Below, one piece after another: positions 1 to 10,846 of a stretch of 64,000 bases of DNA (within the stretch, counting starts at the first letter, position 1; the number at the start of each line of letters is the position of its first letter). The translations under genes and the position numbers were made by a program. This DNA is from Tubulanus polymorphus (lineage: Eukaryota; Animalia; Nemertea). The notes under the pieces are model-generated. The model made no database searches. It had not been told where the DNA came from and saw only the letters and a list, made by a program, of their open reading frames with translations. The stretch lies in the NCBI RefSeq assembly GCF_964204645.1, contig NC_134026.1, positions 3,743,950 through 3,807,949 on the forward strand, given 5' to 3'.

Positions 1-485
1 GCTCGGTGCTACTTTTTTGACACCTTGATTTGTGCTTACTTTTCATAAAAATGTCAGTATGTGCTGAAAAGAGCTAGTTTTTCACTTAAAGTCATCTGAA
101 AAGATTTTGTCTCAGCATTCGTAATTGTTATACTAAGTTATGGGCAATTAACATGAGTGCATGAATGACATGAGTTATTTTTCTATAGGTAATTGTTTGA
201 CAGTTACGTTGTTTATCACGGGTACAATTCATTAAAAGAGTGCTACTTTTTCCTCACGAAAAGTACTAACTTAAGCCTTACAGCTACAGATCATCTTACC
301 CAAGTACCTTTAAATTTTAGAAGATTATTTTACATGAACCAGAACTGAAATTTCCAATTATGTGATTTTAACAAAAAAAATGTAGTTTCGTAACAACTAT
401 ATATCTGTACTTCGATTTCCAATCTGAAAATTAAAAAGTAAAGGACACCAAATCAAACTAAATCTACTAATCAAATAAATCACAG

Positions 486-713
486 GGTCAACTCTATTTT
501 AAAATAAAAAAACAAAACCTATATCTAAAAATCTATAAATCAATTTACTGTTGAGGAGATGATAGAAAAAGTTTTGTATAATAACATGGTCAACCCTATT
601 CTGAAATAAAAAACAAAACCTATTTCTAAAAATCTATAAATCGATTTATTGTTGAGAAGATGATAGAAAAAGTTTCATATATGTATCTTTATTTACAGTT
701 GAGGAGATGATAG
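486..713. repeat. Imperfect tandem duplication, ~102-bp unit (two copies plus a fragment)
   Basis: ggtcaa(c/t)ctatt...aaacaaaacctat(a/t)tctaaaaatctataaatc...ttgag(g/a)agatgatagaaaaagttt occurs at ~486 and ~588; ttgaggagatgatag recurs at ~699. Confidence 0.85.
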
Positions 714-1644
714 AGCATCCGTATGAAACACGTTCAGACAGTTTATACTTCGTAGATGATAAACTGATAATGCACAATAAAGCCGATTACGCTTACAACG
801 GAGGCCAGTAACCGGAACATACGTCGCTGGAATATTACTGATGCACAATGAGATTCAGCTCTCAGAAAAATCATCAGATCGACCCCCGATTGGATGTAAT
901 TTACCAGTTACTCGCGCTGTTTGAGAGGGTTAACTGCGCGTTGACCGGGTTTAACCCTCGATAACACGGATATCTAAATCTAAAACTATTCAATGTTCAT
1001 TTTGAAAACAAAAAAGATCAATCGAAAGAATCGAGCGGCATCATTCGTCACAGCAATCACGTGTTCGAATCATCTAACATTGATAGCAGTTGCCACGAAC
1101 AACCAAACATTTTGAATGATTAGGTGTTATTACGACACGTATGCTAAGTGAATTTGACATGATGATCGTTACTTGAAAACTGATGATGATTATGAAGATC
1201 ATTTGACGTATGCGTGAAGATTGGTCTATTGTTTTTAGTGCGTTAGATAGTTGAAAGAATAACTCTCATCAGTCTTCAAAAGTTTTTATTTTTGTGATAC
1301 AGGTAATTACATTTTTTCACTGGTGATTTATAAGTTAACGCTTTCGAAACAGGATAAAGACTCGATATTTAAAAAAACACTAACATTTTAGGCTCTCATA
1401 AATTAAGCATCTTTGAATGAAATTTCAGCTTTATTTTGACTGTACATAGCTAAAGCACCTCCAATTGGCACTTATATATAGAATTTCTTGCCAGAATATA
1501 CCACTTGAGTGAATGGGGAATATAAGTTAGAAAATTGATGAAAGAGCAATAAGCTTCTACGGCCAGTCAGTTGCTACAGTGGACGACGAAGTGAAGGAAC
1601 ATCGGCTACGAAATATTTACAAGTGACCAGTTCCAATTTTATTG

Positions 1645-2236
1645 CAGTGTCCCTACGATACGTTGATTCCTCAAAAACTCCTCCTTTTAACAGAAATCGC
1701 TTTTAAAGATGCTTGAAACTCCTTTCATTTGAGCAAAAATCCTCAAAACTCAAAGAATGTTTGTAGTTGTACAGTAAACTACGGCTAAATCGATACAATT
1801 CGAATCAGGATTTTTTCTTTACCCAATTAGGCTAAAAAAAATTGATACCTTGTTTCTCCGCTCTGTTGAGCTTAAATGTTAACCCGGCCGGCCGCCTATC
1901 TACCCTATACATTACTTTTTTTTAAATCGTGATCAATTTTACCATAACAGACCCGGCCGCTATAGAAATGAACTGTTTATAAATTTTATCATATTTTACA
2001 AAAATGACCCGGCCGCTGCGGAGAAACAAGGTATCATTTTTGTTTAGCCTTAGGCGGTTACAGAATTAGAAACTGAGTTTAGTGTAAAGGATTAAGGTAC
2101 CGAAATACCCGTTTACCTTGATAAACAGTCCTGATTTAGGATGAGTCTATTGATTTAAGATCACTTCCTTGAAATCTTCTTTAAAACTCCTGGGAAACTC
2201 CTTATATCTAGGAATGACGGATCCGTAGGGACCCTG
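1645..2236 (-). mobile_element. Non-autonomous DNA element with CAGG...CCTG ends (hAT-like), same family as 40211-40643 and 8499-8551
   Basis: Terminal inverted repeats cagtgtccctacga / tccgtagggaccctg. Both subterminal regions match the 40211-40643 copy in reverse orientation (cattcct(a/g)gatataaggagttt; gatgcttgaaactc). Confidence 0.7.
1830..2049. mobile_element. PIF/Harbinger-type MITE nested in the 1645-2236 element
   Basis: ~30-bp TIRs ggctaaa...tgataccttgtttctccg / cggagaaacaaggtatca...tttagcc, TTA on both sides, three internal acccggccg repeats. Confidence 0.8.
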
Positions 2237-3965
2237 CACCGTCATGACTTAGATGTCTTATAATCGAGAGAGAACTGGTTTCATCTCTTTGATAGCCGTA
2301 AAACATGTTCCTCCAGATGTTTTTATACCCTATTGATCTTGAATGAATGTAAATACAAAAATTTATAAAAAAGAAAAAAAGTCATCATTTGAACACCGCT
2401 AGCAGTTAGATTTCAAAACATACCGACGTAACTGATATTTTACTCTCGGTACATCGTAAACTTATTGGAAAATTCCACCTCTAAATAGTTTGCCGTTAAT
2501 TGTACAATAAACATACATAGGCATTTCGTAAAATGTCTATAGTAATATGAAAAGTATCGATAATACTGTACAACCTACGCCAAAATCACAAGTTTCGTCG
2601 GAATCTTTTTCTGTAAAGAGCCTGGCTTACAGGTCGGACGATAAAAACTATTGCTAACCGTAGTTAATTCATATCCATTCTTCCCCATCGTCGTCTTATT
2701 TGTGTGTAGAAATAGTAGCTGATAGCTGAGTATGCTGCTTGGAAGATTTTATATTTTAGCCGCGTTCAATTCCGATCTGGGAGAGATGAATTGATGACTT
2801 GCCGTAGTTTTATAGGACTGACCATGCACTATAGAGCCCTGACTTGTAGGCACCCTACAAGAGAGTCGGTGTACGACACCCAGGTACGTAGGCCTCTAAT
2901 TGAAACTGTTGAACTTTTTAATTTCCTCGAGTTTCACTTAGTGGTGTCTACTATAAAACTGGGTCGTTGAATATTCCCTCTGGTTGAGTCGTCAGGTGTA
3001 GATTCTCTTACCATGTGTCAGCGTAGTGTATTTGATTGAAATAGGCGAAATTTCCGTCCTTTCTTAGTGCATTCCTTAATTGATGATATTACGTTTGAAT
3101 TTTTGAATACGCTGTGATCAATCATCTTACATCTGCTAAATCCATTGTAAAGCTGTATTTTCCCCATATTTCTTGGGTTCACTTCTAATTACCAAAAAAA
3201 AAAACGGACTGCAGGTTGTTGTGTGCAACGAACGCTTCACTTGATCTCCAAGATTAAATGTTGTTATGTATTTATTATATATTATTATAATTACCATTAT
3301 TATATAAACATGATATTGTAATGCTACTGTGCGCTTGTATTATTTGTGAACTTATGTTGCAACTTATTTAGCAGTGCGTTTTGTAAAAAAAAAACATTTT
3401 GTTTCTTTTTCACTTCAATTTTCCTCTCATCTGGCGAAGAATGTAAGAAAAATAACCTAGCAAAAAGATGTTCTAGCAATGAGTGTCTACAGAGAAACAG
3501 AAATATGTTTATGTTATTTTGCATTGCTTAACCCGCATTTTGTTCGATGTATCTGTTGGTCCTCTAGTGTAGGTCTAATTAGAGAACAATGGCTATGATG
3601 GAAAATAGTGGATTTAGCTAGACTTTTGTGGTACGTTTTCTTAGCAGAGTTTGATCATCTGTGTGTGGTACGTTCTCTTTCCAACAGTTAGTCGGTCGTT
3701 TAGAAGGCCTCGTAAAAGAGAACAATCGCTAATGATGAAAATGTATCGTTCTCATCATGAATCAATAATTTTTTGCTAAAAATCTTGCTCAATTTCATAT
3801 TATTGATCTTATGAAAAATCGTTTTAGTTTTTTACGAATCACAAACTGTTTAAAAAGAGTATATATTATAACGATAAAAAACATAGCTTAGTAGTGCTGA
3901 CTTAGTCCATAGAGTGTTTTTTTGTCCTGAATGTCAGTTGCAATTGATTCAAATTCATATTACTA

Positions 3966-4468
3966 AAGCCAAGCTCAGGTCGAGTTACAACCCCTATCAG
4001 ATCGAACAGCGGTAGTACACACGTGACCGTGGACACTTGGTCGTCGATTTATTTGTCTCATGAGCTCTCAGGTCAACTACGACTTGATCATCGCCGAGCC
4101 GAAGTGACGCAACGCTCGTTGCTGATTGGCTACGACTTTAAAGATCAGTCGTAGATAATAGAACTTGTTCTTCTGTCACTGTGATCAATCCGTTGCGGTC
4201 GTAAGTACACTCATGTCGAACAGGTTCCTGATTAAAAAATCGCAGATTGCTTCCTTACGATCCGACGATCTGATCGGATCTTAGGGGTCATTCATTTATT
4301 ACGTACGCATTAGGAGAGGGTGAGGGGTCAGTGCAATTGCGTACTGTAATGCTTAATGTATATGAAAAAATGGCCAATTTTGCATACAGAGGGGGAGGGG
4401 GTTGAAAAATTCAAATTTTATGCGTATGTAATAAATGAATGATCCCTTAGTCGACCTGAGCTTGGCTT
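3966..4468. mobile_element. MITE (outer element) flanked by TA/TWA
   Basis: Perfect inverted ends aagccaagctcaggtcga / tcgacctgagcttggctt with TA on each side. Confidence 0.75.
4284..4446. mobile_element. PIF/Harbinger-type MITE nested in the 3966-4468 element
   Basis: TIRs ggggtcattcatttattacgtacgcat / atgcgtatgtaataaatgaatgatccc, TTA target duplication. Related copies at 61937-62005 and ~49581-49620 (left end only). Confidence 0.85.
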
Positions 4469-6323
4469 TAATCTATCACTCTTCATGATTAAATGGCTGC
4501 ACATTTTGAAACGTCAAGAGAACAATTCGAATAATTTAGTTCGAGTTGTTACCCCCAGTGGCCTACATTGCCCTTGTATAATATGTTGTAATCAAGTCGG
4601 TCATACCTCGCGATAGTAGATTTTTCAATCAAATATATCAAGTAGTTTTGTGTAAACTGAGAAATGGAAGAATAAACACCTCGATTACCACCGTTATTCT
4701 CATTCGACGTATGTCTCAAAAATAGTTTTTCGTTTTTGCTGTAATGTTAAAAAGATGATAAGTAACAATCGGCACCCGATGCAACACATTTGTAATTATT
4801 TTCTTCTGATAAAATGATGATTAATAACGCTATGTAGGCCTACATTAAGATTCGAGAGATTGTAACAATTGCTTTATTTTTCTGCGAAGTGAAGGGGTTT
4901 GTTCGTCGCTCGATTTCCGTCGATTTAATGTTTTGTCACTTGTTTTACAACTACGTGTAGCTTCTTGTCTTCGGAGCGAGCCTTCGGTGTGATGGTTTTA
5001 AGCGGTATATGCAAAGTGGCAGAGAGCGGGTTCGAAACCGTGCCGATCGAGCATGTACACATAGGACATCATTCAGAATAGGAATACAATTATGTGTACA
5101 AAATTTCAACTTCCACAATTATAACATGCGTGATGCATCATAAAAATGACAAGAACAGATATTGATGTATAGATTGAAATGAATGTGAACTATGTCAATC
5201 AATGTTTATTTATTTATTTGTTAATTTCTTTTGTGTTAAAATGTGGCCACTGTGTGTTACTGTGTATTAATTGTACAGTTGTTGGAATAAATCAAGTGTA
5301 TCAAAATAAATTGTCACTGTTTCTCAATATTCTCAATATCTGATTTTCATCGCTCTTTAAGTTTAGTTTTGCATTTTTCTATCGAAGTCATATAGAAAAT
5401 CAATAATGCATGCGGTCCTTACCGGTAAGGATACTGTTCCATATAGCTCTGAGGTTTCCTACTCTTAACCCGTTTTTGCATAAAAATCCAACGATCTTCA
5501 CTTAATTGGTGAATTCGATATCACAGAAATCGATATGTTTGTGATAAAAAAGTGAGAATGTGGGCTCGTTTAATTTATAATTGGCTACCAACAGATATCA
5601 ATTCATACTTCGCGTGGTCCGTTTGAATATAAGCAACAAAACAACAGAAAACGTACATTTACCGTACAATTTCTCGTTGATCGCGAAACATGTATGAAGC
5701 GTGGTATACAAACGATACGGCAGAATGCTGGACTCAGAACGACGGACGTTGGGAAATGAACGCGTACGTTTTGCCGCCGTTTATCATCGTTAATTGATTT
5801 AATTGTACGGCGAATGTTCTTTAGATTAAAAGCATTCTTTTCAGGTTCAGCGAAACAAACTTTCAACCTGATGCAGTTCATTATATCTAACTATCTATCT
5901 ATCATACCTGATGAGGCAAAAGCGAATCAGCGAAATCGATCGTGTTGGTTTATGATTTTGTTTGTGGCCATGATCGTTCATTCGACTCTCTACCAAAAGA
6001 AACAGGCAACGTTTCATAAAAATCTTTAGAATATCCATCAGCAACTGTGAGCAATTTGGAGCCATATAAAAGTGTGTTATAACAGCTTTAATGAATATTA
6101 TGAAAAATTGCCTTTTTATATTGAAATTTGCCAGAAACAAGAATTACGACACTATGAAATAACAAATTAATATCCATGAAATATTTTATTTATCAAAATG
6201 TACATAAAATACATCGCCATCCATATAGGAACTATATACATTAACTGATTTGTTTATGAACAATCTTTATTGAAGTATGCAAATATTGACTAGGTGATTA
6301 TCATATTAATATTCAAGTATTCT

Positions 6324-9300
6324 TTAGAATGGGTTGGGTGGCGGTGGTTTAAGTTCATCTTCCATTGATGACAGCCAACTGTCTCCATTTATCAATTTAG
6401 TCGTAGCTATGATGTAATCAGTGGGACCTGTAGAACAAAACACATTGGATTAGATGAGTATTATCTGCTTACTTTGACGAATCAACTTCTTAACAAACGA
6501 GAAATCATTTGATCAACACAATTGAATACCACTATTAAAACGAGTAGTACTTACTATCATCACTCTGAGCAAGAAATCTTAAAGCAGCGAGTTCAGCATA
6601 CGTGATGCCACCCAGGAATACAACCAATGTAGTCTTCTGTTCAGTATTGGAATGTGTCGAGGAAATTGAGCTTTCTAATAATAGATGGAAAAAATGTGTG
6701 ATTAAACCGATCATTAACAAACTACGATGACAGCGAAATTGCCGCAGTATTGAAGTTTAACATGTGGACTGGAAGAAATTGTCCAAAAACTGTAATAGGC
6801 GTTTAGTGCCAATCCTGTCTTAAAGATGCGTTAACATGCAGAGATCCTCCAGATCCCACATTAAGGGTTCTCCCCACACACAAGATATGCCATTTTTCCC
6901 AATGTCTGACCAACGGAAAAATGAAGGATATGTCACTAAATGAAAGAAGGTCTCCGCTTACTTCTCTTCCGTAAACCAACAGGAATTTGTTGCACTTCTT
7001 CGAATCGTGGTCCAGGCAGCAGATTAAGTAACTCCGTGATACTTCTCCAACCAGGTCGGGCTAAGTACTGAATCAGCCTCACACTTACCGGGGCATATCC
7101 ACTGTACACGTAGGATATATCATTCGGATTCTGCAACATAAATAGAATACATTTCAGCACAAGGTACAGATATTACTGAAGCACGAAATATTTACAATGA
7201 TGGAATTTCTACCTGCTCTTGTACTTCCTCGACTAATAGTTTCAATGTTTTTCTCACGGCTGGGAATATAGGTTTTGACTGAACGTGCAAGAGTCCAGCT
7301 TTCTCGAGATTTTGTAGCGTAATTACATGCTTAAACCCGTATGTCTTAAAAGAGATTTATTTAACCATCAACGTATTTTGATTATAACTGAGAGAAACCT
7401 GATATATTTCAACGATTCTTTGTATTCTTTTCCACTTTCTTACCTGTAAAATCTCTCTTTTGTAATGTTCTAAAACTTTTTGCTTCAGACCTGTATTGCA
7501 TGCACATTGTATACATATCAATCGTAATACCTACGGACATACAGAATAAACATTCACAATACACAGGATTAAACTACTACAATTCACAGCACTACGCAGC
7601 GAACACCCTTACCTTGAAAATTGGCTCTTTCCTTGCAATACAATCTTCTACATACGGATTGACCTTGTCAGCTTCTACACCATTTATGAACTCTAAAATA
7701 GATACCAATTTCCATTATCACCTTACAATACTGACATATTACTATCAAATCAGACTGATTGCATCAAGAACAGATATGTTGCAGTAGAGTTATGTACCCT
7801 GTTGAGTTCTGAGACAATCCAGAAATTGATCAGAGTCTGTTACTTCTTTGATTAATTCAGCAATTGATGTATCTGGAAAGGAGAATTCAACAAAAGATGC
7901 AATAGGAGGTCTGAGATGCAATGGCAAAATCCAAATAATTTGGTTTTTAAATATTTTCCGTTTAAAGTAAGTTAATCGTCTGGACTACTTACGTGTGCCA
8001 AGAGACTGTTTTGCAGCAGTCATATGAGGCAGTTTCGTTACGAAATCTCTCAATTCTCCAACAGTTTTAGCCGAATGTCGCTCCTAAGCAGAAAACCATC
8101 TCATCAAAAAAGTTTATATCAAAATAATAGAGAAGTAACGGACAACGCTAGACTTACATCAGCTAAAGCAGAAATCAGCTTAGCTTTTTTACTTAGAGCT
8201 GGTCCAACAGCATTAAAGTTCTTATCCCTGATTTCTGCGTACAACTCTTCACCGGAATTCAATATAATTTTCTTGAACTCCTCTTTTTTTGCTCCGTCTT
8301 CGATGGCCTTTGTAAATTTCTCGGGAGGAAATTTAGCAGTAGCTTCAAAGATAAATTTACATTGTATGAATGGTACAAAAAGGGACAACATAATATCGAA
8401 TTTGACCAAGTGGCTGAACCAAGGTGGCTGAGCAATTGAACCATTTGACCAAGACCAGGTCGACCAGGTGGGTTGAGCAACACTAAGATGGACGAGAACA
8501 GGACCTCGACAGATCGGTTATTCCTGGATATATGGAGTTGTAGGAACCCTGAAGAACATTGATCAGGCTCTGACTGAGAAAGGACCTGATCCATGAATAA
8601 CCATCACAGATAACTTAACTTACTGTTATGAATGCCGAAGATTTCATCGATCAAACCTTCATAGGTAAGTTGTGAAAGTAAAGGCGTTAAAGGGTCAACC
8701 ATACGATCTAATAAAACTAGGTTATCGATCTGCGGTGTTATTTGCATCTCATTACCAGCCATTTCCCTTCTCATTCTCAATATCATATCACAAACATGCT
8801 ACAATATTAACAAAAAACACCTATGTAAAATTCATTCAATGCCTTGCCCTATAAAACAATTCCAGTACAAGGAAGTAAACACTATACAAACCTTTGCACA
8901 ATCACCTTTTCCGTAGATATTTGGTATCACTCCGTACAGAGCTTGAATAGTCATGATAGATTTTGCCATATGAAATAAACTAGTGTAATCTTTGTAGAGG
9001 TAGCATTCCTATAAAACATTCCAAATTCAATGAACATGAATGAAAATTACCAGGAGAACAAAATGATTATTTACTACCAGAAGTGACTGTAGTTACTTAC
9101 GCGAAATGATGTTTCATTTTCCATTGACAACAGGTCGTAATCAAAAGGAATCAAATCCAGACAGAAATCTTCTTTGATATTTAAATAACTGTAAACATTC
9201 AAGTCCTAAAAATGTAATCAGAGGAATACTTTTTCACCAAAAAATGAATAGATATATTTTCCCATGAATGAATGTTTTTAAGTCTCAATTTCTTGTCGAA

Positions 9301-10414
9301 ACAAGGTCTTTACAACAATTGCTATCCGCAATAAAAACCTTCAATTTTTTTTCACAAATTAAACTCCTCCTCGGTACAAACAGTATATGATATTCCTTTC
9401 TGCTCGAACTGTTAAAGCCTGTATTGCCTTCTTCCCTGAAGAACAAATACAAGCAATCATAGTAGACAATTAATGATAGATTTAGATATTCACTTCCAAC
9501 TGCAAGGGTGTGAAAATGTTGGTTTAAGATAGGCCTAACCAGCGAATAAATACCACAGTAATGATTAACTTTTAATTATCACTATTTCAACAATCCACTA
9601 TTCTCCAAACGTGGGAATTACAGTAGGCCTGCCTAATTATTCGCTGCAATAGAAAGAAACTATCTAATTCTCCTTGTTCAATGATGATTCAATAATAAGA
9701 GGACCATACACTTACTTCAGTATGTTTTCAGCTATTGTATCCATGAGTTCCAACTTTGGTCGGACAATGAATACGATATTTTGAACGTTTGACTGCGGAA
9801 GACGACCATTGTTCAATAAAAACATCTTTTCAACTTCATGTTCCTAAAACATCAACACAATTACAAAATTGTTGAGAAATTACAAATCACATAGGTTCAA
9901 ATCAGTAAAGAAAGATCATTTCCAGAAACTTGCCTGCAATAGGGGATATTCAGCTACCAGTCCAAAAGGGCCTGTGAGGACGCTGTCCCATACTAAAGCC
10001 TAAAAAGGAAGTCATTCAGCGTCAATTTCATCATTCAGAATAAAACAAGTGAACAGAGAACTAAGATTTTTGAATGAATGATTCAAAAATGTATTCAAGT
10101 AAACAGTCTCAAGTAAATAAAGATAGTCTTGGGTCCTGTCGGTGTTGACAACAGGTGTCAGTCATTCGTTTTCACTTTCATTCAGCGGAGACAGTTTTTC
10201 ATTGACACAAACCCGGAAGTGGAAGAAAACGTTCCTCTTTTTACGGTATTACATCAACCGAAAGCGGAAAAACATTAATTTAGCGCTCATCAGAGATTAG
10301 CTATAACAGTACCTTCGTTCCGATACATCTGTCCAAACAATCCAGTAATTCACGACGATAAGCTTCGCGTAAAACGAACAAATTTATCTTCCCACCGGCC
10401 AAGTGCGACGCCAT
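6324..10414 (-). CDS. VPS33A: Vacuolar protein sorting 33A (Sec1/Munc18 subunit of HOPS/CORVET), about 16 coding exons
   Basis: Spliced translation begins [28 protein letters not shown]...[18 protein letters not shown]...EHEVEKMF and includes [41 protein letters not shown] and [18 protein letters not shown]; it ends ...[12 protein letters not shown]...PNPF* (TAA at 6324). Splice sites are phase-consistent. Confidence 0.95.
8499..8551 (+). mobile_element. 53-bp internally deleted copy of the CAGG...CCTG family in a VPS33A intron
   Basis: caggacctcgacagatcggttattcctggatatatggagttgtaggaaccctg joins the left and right ends of the 40211-40643 element. Confidence 0.65.
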
Positions 10415-10846
10415 GATAAAAATGTATTCAGTGAGCGCCCTCTAGTGGCATACCTTATGTTATCATGAAAAACTACGGAAACGATTTTGAAATATTTTCA
10501 TTGTATTAAAAAAGTCTATTGCTGATTTCTACGCTTTTTATAACTTAATTTACTCTTTTGAATGATGTGGTATTTTAATGTATCAATAAAATCTAATTGA
10601 CATGAATTGATCGCGGATAAATACAACTAATTTACTAAGTAGATTATATAATCGATTTAACGACTGTAAAACGGAGACTAAATCTATTAAAGTACAAGAT
10701 AAAAGTGATTGAATCATAGGATTAGTTTAACCGATGACCTCTGTGACTTCAAAGTTTGGTTCCGCTACAAGCACTACTTTCCGAATAGGCTCGCATGTGC
10801 ATTGCGGAAATGAAATGCGCTTAGGTCGAACATAATAATGTAGAAA
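10415..10846. promoter_or_regulatory. Probable bidirectional promoter between VPS33A and SGSM, containing a CTCF-consensus site
   Basis: Only 432 bp separate the divergent ATGs. agcgccctctagtggc at 10434-10449; ETS-type ccggaagt at 10213-10220 in VPS33A intron 1. Confidence 0.65.
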
